From a virus, in the IMG/VR virus record IMGVR_UViG_3300045988_025866, positions 1 to 40,648 of that record: a DNA stretch of 40,648 nt; one strand, 5' to 3'. The first letter of the stretch is position 1. The number at the start of each line of letters is the position of its first letter. The position numbers were made by a program, and so were the translations under genes. Positions 6,393 to 13,833 of this stretch are shown one piece after another. The notes beneath the pieces are model-generated. The model searched no databases, was not told where the DNA came from, and was given only the letters and a program-made list of their open reading frames with translations.

Positions 6393-6421
6393 TTTACCTA
6401 TACAATTTTCTGTGTTAATAT
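6393..6421 (+). promoter_or_regulatory. Lysogeny promoter for the cI operon
   Basis: TTTACC (6393-6398), a 17-nt spacer containing TG at 6413-6414, then TAATAT (6416-6421). Confidence 0.5.
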
Positions 6422-6453
6422 ATATGTAGAAATAAAAATGAGGGTTATAAAAA

Positions 6454-6798
6454 ATGCAGGCTGAAGAAAGAATTAAAGAGCTTATTATAGCTAAATATGG
6501 AAATGTTAGAGCTTTTGCGACAGAAAGCGGCATCTCTTATACTACTGTTCGCTCTATTTTGGAACGTGGTATCATGAACGCAAAAGCTGAGAATGTTTTT
6601 AAGATATGTCATTTATTGGGGATATCACCGGATACTGTCGCAGATTGGGGAGTTTCCACCGAACAACAGACCAACGCCCATGACATAGACAGCATTATTG
6701 ACAACGCCATGATGTTCGATGGTAAACCGCTAACTGATGATGATAAGCGGGCAATCCGGGGCATCATTGCGGGCTACATGAACAGTAAGGAACAGTGA
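6454..6798 (+). CDS. cI: cI-like XRE-family repressor (114 aa)
   Basis: HTH segment NVRAFATESGISYTTVRSILERG. It is divergent from the cro-like gene and is followed by an ImmA-like protease gene. Confidence 0.85.
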   Translation: MQAEERIKELIIAKYGNVRAFATESGISYTTVRSILERGIMNAKAENVFKICHLLGISPDTVADWGVSTEQQTNAHDIDSIIDNAMMFDGKPLTDDDKRAIRGIIAGYMNSKEQ

Positions 6799-6804
6799 GG
6801 TGCT

Positions 6805-7173
6805 ATGACTGAAAACGAATTGCTTGAGCAGTTCAACGTGTCTCTTTGTGAGTTTAGTTCTAACGAGTGGCCTAGAAACGGTTTTATCGACCCTATAAAC
6901 AGGGTGGTCTATATCAATAAGGATTTAGCCCCAGAAATACGTTTGAAGGTCATTTTACATGAATTGGGCCACCTAGAGCACAACTCTAAAGACTATGAGC
7001 GTTTGCGTGAGAAATACGAAGCTCAAGCTAATAGAATTATGATTCACGAGCTACTAAAAAATGAAAACCTAGATGATTTTAACTACGTCCATTTTATGGA
7101 AAAATATAATCTCACCACGATTTGTGATGAGACTTTTGTAAAAGACGAATACTTAAAGATGGTGAGGAATTGA
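6805..7173 (+). CDS. ImmA/IrrE-family zinc metallopeptidase
   Basis: HEXXH motif in ILHELGHLEH. The position immediately after the repressor gene is typical. Confidence 0.8.
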   Translation: MTENELLEQFNVSLCEFSSNEWPRNGFIDPINRVVYINKDLAPEIRLKVILHELGHLEHNSKDYERLREKYEAQANRIMIHELLKNENLDDFNYVHFMEKYNLTTICDETFVKDEYLKMVRN

Positions 7174-7174
7174 T

Positions 7175-7630
7175 ATGAAGCTTTTGAAAAAATACAAATG
7201 GTATATCTTAACAATTATAGTTTTATTCTGTCTTGGCTTAATATTTGTGCCACGGTCTGGGAAGGAACCGAAGGAAACAAAACAGTCAAAAACCGTTAAA
7301 GTAACAAAACATACCACGAAATCAAGTAAACATAGTTCTTCTTCAACTTCAAAAACTTCTAGTAGTTCAAGTTCAGAACAACCGCAACAATCACAAGAAC
7401 AGACGCAAACCGAAGCTTCTCAACCTCAGCAAGAAAAACCTATTGATGGCGTTGGGCCTACGCAATCACAAGTAGACCAAGCAACTGAACAATATGGGTA
7501 TACTCCGGGGTATGGTGGAGTGCCTTCCGATTCTCCTGAAATAGCAAGAGAACAATCAGACCAACAAGCACGCGAAAACTGGCATGACAGTCAAGTTGAG
7601 TGGGCTAAACAACAAGGGCTTATGGATTAA
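7175..7630 (+). CDS. N-terminally membrane-anchored S/T/Q-rich exported protein, candidate superinfection-exclusion factor
   Basis: TM segment WYILTIIVLFCLGLIFV, followed by a low-complexity stretch SSKHSSSSTSKTSSSSSSEQPQQSQEQTQ. It occupies the slot between the repressor and int, where sie genes usually sit. Confidence 0.55.
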   Translation: MKLLKKYKWYILTIIVLFCLGLIFVPRSGKEPKETKQSKTVKVTKHTTKSSKHSSSSTSKTSSSSSSEQPQQSQEQTQTEASQPQQEKPIDGVGPTQSQVDQATEQYGYTPGYGGVPSDSPEIAREQSDQQARENWHDSQVEWAKQQGLMD

Positions 7631-7638
7631 AACAAAAT

Positions 7639-7729
7639 AAAAAAACCAGTCTTTCGACTGGCCAAACTATATCAAGGGAGTGTGTGAGATAAATAGTAAA
7701 ACCCTCACCACCACCCTTTTATTATACCA
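7639..7729 (-). ncRNA. Candidate ~75-nt cis-antisense sRNA opposite the leader of the integrase gene
   Basis: On the minus strand: TGGTATAAT (7729-7721), then a non-coding stretch. The hairpin GGCCAGUC-GAAA-GACUGGUU (7663-7644, its two outer pairs G-U) runs into the U7 tract (7645-7639). On the plus strand the hairpin has no T-tract, so it is a minus-strand terminator although no minus-strand gene reads into it. Confidence 0.4.
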
Positions 7730-7746
7730 TAAAAGAGGACTAAACA

Positions 7747-8808
7747 ATGGCATCATACAGAAAACGAGAAAACGGCTGGGAATATCGGATAAGTTTTAAA
7801 GACCGCCTTGGAAAATATAAACGGAAAGAAAAAGGTGGTTTCCGTACTAAATCTGAAGCTATCAAGGCTGCTGCTGAGATGGAATTAAAATTACAAGAGA
7901 CTATCAATGTTGATGAAGATATCACTCTTTACGCTTATTTCAAGCAGTGGTGCGAGGTTTATAAGAAACCTACGGTATCACTGGTAACTTATAAGGCATA
8001 TATCAACACCCAACGTAAGATAGAATTATTCTTTGGTGATAAGAAACTGAAATCTGTTACTGCCACACAATACCAGCGTGTGCTGAATAGCTACGCTAAA
8101 ACTCACGCTCAAGATACTGTCGAGCGTTTTAATGTGCATGTAAAATCGTGCGTTGAAATGGCAGTGCATGAAGGATACATCAAGCGTAACTTTTGCAAGT
8201 TTGCCAAAATCAATGCAAAGAACAAAGGCCGTGATATTGAAACGAAATTCCTAGAGGTCGAAGAATACGAGCGATTGATCTACGAGACAAGCAAGCATCC
8301 AGAATATGCGTCTTATGCAGCACTCTATATTATCGCTAAAACTGGTATCCGATTCGCTGAGTGTCTAGGTTTAACAGTGGATGATGTCAACCGAGATACT
8401 GGCATGTTGTCGGTCAATAAAACGTGGGACTATAAGAATAATACTGGTTTCTTACCGACAAAAACAAAAAGCAGTATCCGAGAGATACCGCTTGATGATG
8501 AATTTATAAATTTTATTGACCAACTGCCACCTACTGAAGACGGTAGACTACTACCCTCACTATCCAACAATGCAGTTAATAAGACCTTGCGTAAAATTGT
8601 TGGGCGTGAAGTACGTGTCCACTCATTAAGGCACACTTACGCTAGCTATCTGATAGCCCACGATATCGACTTGATTTCTGTGTCGCAAGTTTTAGGGCAT
8701 GAGAATCTAAACATCACACTGGAAGTCTATGCCCACCAATTACAAGAGCAGAAATCACGAAACGATGAAAAGATAAAACAAATTTGGGGCAGATTTGGGG
8801 CAGAATAG
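7747..8808 (+). CDS. int: Tyrosine-recombinase phage integrase
   Basis: 353 aa. The N-terminus shows an SAM-like arm-binding pattern, MASYRKRENGWEYRISFKD. The C-terminal catalytic region contains RFAECLGL, VHSLRHTYAS, LGHENLNITLEVYAH (R..HxxR..Y). Confidence 0.92.
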   Translation: MASYRKRENGWEYRISFKDRLGKYKRKEKGGFRTKSEAIKAAAEMELKLQETINVDEDITLYAYFKQWCEVYKKPTVSLVTYKAYINTQRKIELFFGDKKLKSVTATQYQRVLNSYAKTHAQDTVERFNVHVKSCVEMAVHEGYIKRNFCKFAKINAKNKGRDIETKFLEVEEYERLIYETSKHPEYASYAALYIIAKTGIRFAECLGLTVDDVNRDTGMLSVNKTWDYKNNTGFLPTKTKSSIREIPLDDEFINFIDQLPPTEDGRLLPSLSNNAVNKTLRKIVGREVRVHSLRHTYASYLIAHDIDLISVSQVLGHENLNITLEVYAHQLQEQKSRNDEKIKQIWGRFGAE

Positions 8809-8974
8809 CTTAAACCCGCATGGTTAAAGACTTAAAAATGTCCCCTGCCAACGAAAAGATATAAAATATAAAAATAAATGAAAACTATGAAGACTTGATT
8901 TTACTAGGTTTTTATAGTTTTTATTTTTATTTATTTCCATCTTTTTTAAAAGTTTTGGGGCAAAATTTGGGGCA
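8782..8974. repeat. Candidate attP region: four copies of (A/T)TTTGGGGCA flanking an AT-rich imperfect inverted repeat
   Basis: Copies lie at 8782-8791 and 8793-8802 (inside the int 3' end), and at 8953-8962 and 8965-8974. Spacing within each pair is 11-12 bp. The interval 8866-8936 is AT-rich and contains ataaaaataaatgaaaactat / atagtttttatttttatttat. Confidence 0.45.
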
Positions 8975-9011
8975 AAAAAAGTCGTTTGATAACAGAATAA
9001 AACCAAACGAC
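8974..9011 (-). terminator. Terminator of the attP-proximal moron operon
   Basis: On the minus strand, GTCGTTTG-15 nt-CAAACGAC is followed by T7. Confidence 0.55.
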
Positions 9012-9113
9012 TAGAAACAAATAAAAATGACTATCTATAGTGTACCTCTATTTAGATTAAATGTCTAATGTTATATCAAGGATACACAAAAAGGCTAGGA
9101 TAACCCTAGTCTT

Positions 9114-9488
9114 TTATCGTTCCCAGATTACACCATTGTCGGCATAACCCACATAGTCCACACCGTCAATAGGCTTCATGCCACGGCCTTCAATCAGCAA
9201 GTAGCCGTCTTTGTCCCGCCAAAAGTCGAGCATGTCTGCCACTTCTTCCCAAGATTGCTCTTTCAATTCGTCTGCATACACATCTTGGATAAGCTCTTTG
9301 ATTTCTCTTTCAGTATCAGTCATGAGTGCGTCCCTTCTTTCTGCGATAAGTTCCTCTAGTTCGTTCAAATCCGAACCCGTAGCGTGATTTCTAATGAAGC
9401 TACGAGCGGACGAACGCTTTGATAAGTAATTACGATGCTCTCTGTTCTGCGAGTTCCATTTTTTTGTCGCTTTTGCTTGTGCGTCCAT
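9114..9488 (-). CDS. Hypothetical moron protein (124 aa), basic N-terminus and acidic C-terminus
   Basis: ATG with RBS AAAGGAGTAGCACA. N-terminal segment KKWNSQNREHRNYLSKRSSARSFIRN. No family recognised. Confidence 0.65.
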   Translation of the reverse strand: MDAQAKATKKWNSQNREHRNYLSKRSSARSFIRNHATGSDLNELEELIAERRDALMTDTEREIKELIQDVYADELKEQSWEEVADMLDFWRDKDGYLLIEGRGMKPIDGVDYVGYADNGVIWER

Positions 9489-9505
9489 TGTGCTACTCCT
9501 TTGAA

Positions 9506-9688
9506 TTATCCAATGAAGTCGATTAATTCTTCAAAAGGAGCATCCTCGATGCTTTCGTAATCTGTGAAGTCTTTCATGTATCCTTCCAAATCTTCGAGAA
9601 CTTTTTCTTCAGTAACTTCTTCTTCTCCGTCGTAGTATTTTTTATACTCAGCAACAAGTTCGTTGATTTGTGTTTGTGTTAGTGCCAT
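9506..9688 (-). CDS. Very acidic small protein (60 aa; 19 D/E)
   Basis: Translation is MALTQTQINELVAEYKKYYDGEEEVTEEKVLEDLEGYMKDFTDYESIEDAPFEELIDFIG. It is the first gene behind a perfect consensus promoter. Confidence 0.65.
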   Translation of the reverse strand: MALTQTQINELVAEYKKYYDGEEEVTEEKVLEDLEGYMKDFTDYESIEDAPFEELIDFIG

Positions 9689-9741
9689 TTTATTTTACCT
9701 TGAGAACTTCTTTCGTTCTCCCTTTCCTTATCTTCATTTAC

Positions 9742-9770
9742 ATTATAGTACATATACTATATATTGTCAA
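9742..9770 (-). promoter_or_regulatory. Perfect sigma-70 consensus promoter of the moron operon
   Basis: On the minus strand: TTGACA (9770-9765), exactly 17 nt, then TATAAT (9747-9742). Confidence 0.8.
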
Positions 9771-9804
9771 CACTTTTGATAAAGAAATTTAAGTTTTTTT
9801 GCAA

Positions 9805-9832
9805 AATAAAAAAGCCCGGCATAAAGCCGGGA
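9805..9832 (-). terminator. Intrinsic terminator T1
   Basis: On the minus strand, CCCGGC-uuuau-GCCGGG is followed by TTTTTTATTTT. Confidence 0.7.
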
Positions 9833-9904
9833 CAGTTCAAGAAATTTATCGAAATGACGCCAAGTATTTCATGACTATAGTATCACTTATCTATGAAAAT
9901 CACA

Positions 9905-9941
9905 AATAAAAAAGAGCTATGAGATAACCTCGTAGCTCTTT
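9905..9941 (-). terminator. Intrinsic terminator T2
   Basis: On the minus strand, AAAGAGCTA-13 nt-TAGCTCTTT is followed by TTTTATTT. Confidence 0.65.
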
Positions 9942-9967
9942 GCCTATGATGGACTTATATTATACCA

Positions 9968-9997
9968 AATAAAAAAAGCCCCAGCAAGCGCTGAGGC
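9968..9997 (-). terminator. Intrinsic terminator T3, the first after the endolysin
   Basis: On the minus strand, GCCUCAGC-gcuu-GCUGGGGC forms 8 bp including one G-U pair. It is followed by TTTTTTTATTT. Confidence 0.7.
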
Positions 9998-10084
9998 TCG
10001 ACCACTACCACCATGTTATCCCTACTGTGGTCTGAGGGGAGGTGATATACTCCTTTTCTTTTTTTAGTTTTCGTGGTCTATTAT

Positions 10085-10804
10085 TTACATATCTGTGCAA
10101 TCGTCCAAGTACTGGTCTTCAACCCATTGAGCGCTATCTGGATGGTTGATTCGAGACCAGCCGTTTAGTTTCTCATAAACACGGACTCGTGTGCCTGCTG
10201 GGAGAAATTCCTTGTCTTGGCTATCGATGCGAGGACCAGCTTCAACGTAGTAGTCAGTGGTAAGAGTGCCTTCATAATAAGGCTTGTCTGATTTCTCTAA
10301 ACGGGTATTAACATCTAGTTCACGCTCAAATTCGCTTTGGGCTGGTGCTGGAAGAGGTGTTCCACTCTCACGGAAGACAATTTCACGAGGGCGACCGTTT
10401 AGATCCCAAATGTAATTATAATCATTTTCAGTCACTCCGTCCATGCCGTAGTTGCAGTGGATAGCCGTGCTATCACTAGTCATAATCAATACGTGGCCAA
10501 ACGCACCGAGCGAGCTTGAACCATCACGAGGTGCCCAAATAACGACATCTCCACGTTGCCCATCAAATGTGCCATCTACAGCATCGTAAATCTTCGCATA
10601 ACCAATAGCTGGAAGTGCTTGTTGAAGTGATTCTGTGTTGTTATTTAAGTTGATTTCGAGCGCATAGCTTACCGCTGATGAGCAGTCAAATTCGATGCGT
10701 CCGTCGCCGTCGGCGTCGTTTCCGTAACGGTCACCCATGTCGTAATGTACTGGGATTGATTGTAGATGGTGCATACGTGCAATACTTGACTCAATTTTAC
10801 TCAT
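10085..10804 (-). CDS. Endolysin: Amidase_5 (Pal-like) catalytic domain plus C-terminal SH3b-like wall-binding domain
   Basis: FDCSSAVSYAL, RGDVVIWA, GHVLIM and AIHCNYGMDGVTEND align with the Dp-1 Pal amidase motifs YDCSSS / RGDIFIWG / GHTGMF / IIHCNYAYDGISVND. The C-terminal segment GTRVRVYEKLNGWSRINHPDSAQWVEDQYL is SH3b-like. Confidence 0.85.
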   Translation of the reverse strand: MSKIESSIARMHHLQSIPVHYDMGDRYGNDADGDGRIEFDCSSAVSYALEINLNNNTESLQQALPAIGYAKIYDAVDGTFDGQRGDVVIWAPRDGSSSLGAFGHVLIMTSDSTAIHCNYGMDGVTENDYNYIWDLNGRPREIVFRESGTPLPAPAQSEFERELDVNTRLEKSDKPYYEGTLTTDYYVEAGPRIDSQDKEFLPAGTRVRVYEKLNGWSRINHPDSAQWVEDQYLDDCTDM

Positions 10805-10826
10805 TGTTAATGTCTCCTTTGTTCAG

Positions 10827-11057
10827 TTAATCTTGTTTTGGTTCGTGGTAGCCCAACGCTTGTTCGCTATCTCCAAGACCCTTAGTCGTTGGGTCTGTAA
10901 CGATACCCAAAATTACCAAGATCACAACGAAAGTATTAACACCCTCTTGGATATTGTGTGGAATCTCAAGTCCGAATTGTTGCAACATCAAAAAGATTGC
11001 TGAGATAAGAGCTACCAAAGTAGCTTTGTTTTGCAAACGTAGTTTAAAATTAATCAT
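10827..11057 (-). CDS. Holin, phiLC3 / SPP1 holin family (76 aa)
   Basis: The start is taken at the internal ATG 11057, which overlaps the upstream stop (ATGATTAA). Translation begins MINFKLRLQNKATLVALISAIFLMLQQF and contains DPTTKGLGDSEQALGY, the family hallmark. Confidence 0.8.
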   Translation of the reverse strand: MINFKLRLQNKATLVALISAIFLMLQQFGLEIPHNIQEGVNTFVVILVILGIVTDPTTKGLGDSEQALGYHEPKQD

Positions 11058-11469
11058 TGTCTTCTTCCTCCTCGGTAAGATTAAATTTATCCTTATCAAT
11101 ATTTTTCTTGACAAATCTGTCAATGAAGGGAATTTCAACCCCTAGAGCCGATAAGCTAGCCAAAATACTAGCCCCGTACGCTGATAGCATGGCGAAAATA
11201 AAAGCATCCATAGCACCGCCTAGATTCATGAAAACCATAAACGGATAGGATACCATTACGATAATCAACATAGCCGTGTGGCTAACCAGTCCTTTTCGAA
11301 ACCTACGGCTCGAAAATTCATGAAAAGCCCATGACCTTGAAACGCCCAATACGATATCAGCAACGATAACAAGCATGAGTAGGAACACCCAGAGGTGTTC
11401 GTCTATGCCATGCTCATAGAAATCTTTGACGACTTCAAACACGCCAAAGATGCCATCTGGTTTGTGCAT
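11050..11469 (-). CDS. Holin, Phage_holin_4_1 (TcdE-like) family (139 aa)
   Basis: Three TM segments and a highly charged C-terminus EEEEDND. It lies directly upstream of the second holin and the lysin. Confidence 0.75.
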   Translation of the reverse strand: MHKPDGIFGVFEVVKDFYEHGIDEHLWVFLLMLVIVADIVLGVSRSWAFHEFSSRRFRKGLVSHTAMLIIVMVSYPFMVFMNLGGAMDAFIFAMLSAYGASILASLSALGVEIPFIDRFVKKNIDKDKFNLTEEEEDND

Positions 11470-11514
11470 TTAATGCTCCTTAAAACATTTATTTAACCCC
11501 CATTTTTAAACGCT

Positions 11515-11766
11515 TTACGCCTGTGTAGTATCCGCCAAAATTTCATCCTCTACTTTATAACGCAAGTCACGCAATGCACGTTCGTCTGTACGCATTTCTT
11601 GACGGTGCTTAGCGTAGAGCTCGGCGTTAAGAAGATTTTCTTGGACGCTAGATACCGCATTCTCGTCAATGCTGATGTATGTCTGTTTAACTAGAACTGT
11701 TGTTCCTTCTTCTTCAACGTTGAATTCTGCATTGATTGTGCGTTGTTTTGTAATTTTAAGTGACAT
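11515..11766 (-). CDS. Hypothetical protein between the tail fibre and the lysis cassette (83 aa)
   Basis: ORF with an RBS. No motif recognised. Confidence 0.6.
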   Translation of the reverse strand: MSLKITKQRTINAEFNVEEEGTTVLVKQTYISIDENAVSSVQENLLNAELYAKHRQEMRTDERALRDLRYKVEDEILADTTQA

Positions 11767-11785
11767 GATATTATTTTCCTTTCTT

Positions 11786-13831
11786 TTATTCTTCGACTGC
11801 TGGGTATTCGTCTTCGGTTATGTAAGTGACTGTCCCTGTGTAGACTGCATCTCCAAAACTTGGGTTTGAAAAAAATATATTTCCATTAGATTCAAAATGC
11901 CACACTGCGCATTCTTTGTGTTTGTTTAAATTGTTCTTGTTAGCAACCAAATGCGTTTGCACACAAGGCTTGAACCCGTTTGGAATTTTCTCGCCCAAAT
12001 CCTTGTATTCACCTTCGACGACAGAATAGGTGCCTCTGATTAAACTTAAGGTTACTACGTCCCCTTTCCGAACCACATTAGCTTTGACACCATATCCTAT
12101 CGGGATTTCTTTTTTAACAACGGGTTGGTTGGTTTGCACAAACTCAACCCAATTTCCAACTGTGTCCTGCGTTAGAGTGCGTTTGAAGAACCTACCAGAA
12201 CTTGTTGTCAACGATTGGTGAATACCACCCAGTCCTTCTATTATTTCTAAGAACCCTACTTGTTCTGTAGGTTTAGGCTTGTTGATAGGATAGTTCTTCA
12301 TCGTGCTCATTACCGAGAAGAAACCTGTTGTTCTGTAATCATCAAGGTTCGTGTTGTTGTATTCGATAATCGCAGCACCTTGAACTTCTGTAAGCTGGTG
12401 GTGCTGAATTGGCTTTGAACCTGAATAAATCAATCCATTGACATCGAGTGCTCCATTTTCCCGATATTTACCAATACCAACGCCCTGTTGATCGTAGGAC
12501 ATAATAATTTTATCGGTAGGCACTGTAGTTTGAAATTCCGAGACCGAAAATCTATCCTCTAGTTTCCCTGTGACTATGAACGAAGTATCCGCAGGGTATT
12601 CCTTGCCCAAGTTGGCATTAGAAGCCTTGAACTCAGAAATGCTTGACCATTCACCGCCAGCCTGCCCGTTATCTGCTACAACATTGTTTGTTCCAACTTT
12701 TGTTGTTGTAAATGTCAGCTTCATGGTGTTTTTTTGAACACCGCTGACGCTCAACGGCGCTATTTTAGCAAACCGCTTAATGGTTAGTGTATCTGACTTC
12801 GAGCCACTTCTGGTAACCTCAAATTTTAGTGTTGGGCTGAAATAGAATAAAAATGTTATTTTGACCTCTTTCCAATCAGACCAAATCCCACGAGAATCTT
12901 GAACTCTCCCCCTCAAGGTCATTTGAGTGTCTTTATTTACAGCGACCTCACGGAACACCCCACCGTTCGTTGAAACAGAATTGCTAGCACCAACAATTTC
13001 AGCGTAGTACCCAGCTATCGTAGCTCCATTCTTTGCTTGCGCCCCGTTGAAAACGACCTTCACAAGTGACATTATGGACACGAAGTGTGTTGGCTCTGGA
13101 ATTATCCTTTGAGTCGTTGGATTTGTATCTGTCAAGGTAAACCCAGTGAATGAGGGTTTCATGTTGTCTGTAACAACGCTTGCTGTTAGTGTTGCTGATT
13201 GCGTCTGAATCAATTTGCCGTCTACATAAGTATCAACATATATAGTACCTCGGCCAGTTGTAGCATCCGGTATGTTGTTTGCGAAATCCGCTGGGATTGT
13301 CCACTTAAACGATGTCCCAACATTATCAGCAATTTTACCTTGCTTGTTGCCCCACGCATAGCGTAGCGTGTGCGTAGCACCAGCTAATTTCCTGTCAATA
13401 GTGATATCTACTTGATTGCCAATAAATCCTTCCGAAACGCTAACCGAACTTCCCCTTGGAATAGTTGTCAGTGTTATGTCTTGATTACCAATATCTAGAT
13501 TTCCTGGGCTGTATCCACCCGATCCGTTGAAATGCGCACGCACACCGAAGGCACCAGACCCATCGTCAGCATGGCGGACAGTAATTGTGCGGTCAATCAA
13601 CTGTATCTCTGAATTTCGGTTAAGCATCGCTGGACTACCAGAGTAGTCGATTCGTTGCCCAAAACCATCGACGTACCCAGAACATTGATAACTTGCAAAT
13701 GTCCACCCTTGATTAAGCAATGCCAACCGAATACGGACATCGCTTGTGTTGTTTTGGATATTCTGTCCAACTTGGTCAATCCACAGCCTAATCCGATATC
13801 CACGGTCATTATTTGACCAAAATTCTACCAT
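11786..13831 (-). CDS. Tail fibre / receptor-binding protein (DUF859-type N-terminus, knob-like C-terminus)
   Basis: N-terminal segment NNDRGYRIRLWIDQVGQNIQNNTSDVRIRLALLN is typical of siphovirus DUF859 proteins. It is the last large structural gene before lysis. Confidence 0.7.
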   Translation of the reverse strand: MVEFWSNNDRGYRIRLWIDQVGQNIQNNTSDVRIRLALLNQGWTFASYQCSGYVDGFGQRIDYSGSPAMLNRNSEIQLIDRTITVRHADDGSGAFGVRAHFNGSGGYSPGNLDIGNQDITLTTIPRGSSVSVSEGFIGNQVDITIDRKLAGATHTLRYAWGNKQGKIADNVGTSFKWTIPADFANNIPDATTGRGTIYVDTYVDGKLIQTQSATLTASVVTDNMKPSFTGFTLTDTNPTTQRIIPEPTHFVSIMSLVKVVFNGAQAKNGATIAGYYAEIVGASNSVSTNGGVFREVAVNKDTQMTLRGRVQDSRGIWSDWKEVKITFLFYFSPTLKFEVTRSGSKSDTLTIKRFAKIAPLSVSGVQKNTMKLTFTTTKVGTNNVVADNGQAGGEWSSISEFKASNANLGKEYPADTSFIVTGKLEDRFSVSEFQTTVPTDKIIMSYDQQGVGIGKYRENGALDVNGLIYSGSKPIQHHQLTEVQGAAIIEYNNTNLDDYRTTGFFSVMSTMKNYPINKPKPTEQVGFLEIIEGLGGIHQSLTTSSGRFFKRTLTQDTVGNWVEFVQTNQPVVKKEIPIGYGVKANVVRKGDVVTLSLIRGTYSVVEGEYKDLGEKIPNGFKPCVQTHLVANKNNLNKHKECAVWHFESNGNIFFSNPSFGDAVYTGTVTYITEDEYPAVEE

Positions 13832-13833
13832 GA

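Noticed and set aside
7740-7925. Minus-strand ORF overlapping the integrase start.
   Set aside because: It is antisense to a well-supported integrase gene and has no RBS.
8824-9006. Minus-strand 60-aa ORF in the int-attP region.
   Set aside because: It has AT-rich low-complexity translation and no RBS. It overlaps the repeat and terminator structures of the candidate attP.
10085-10804. A group I intron or other interruption in the endolysin gene, which is common in dairy streptococcal phages.
   Set aside because: The lysin is a single uninterrupted ORF containing all the Amidase_5 motifs in order.
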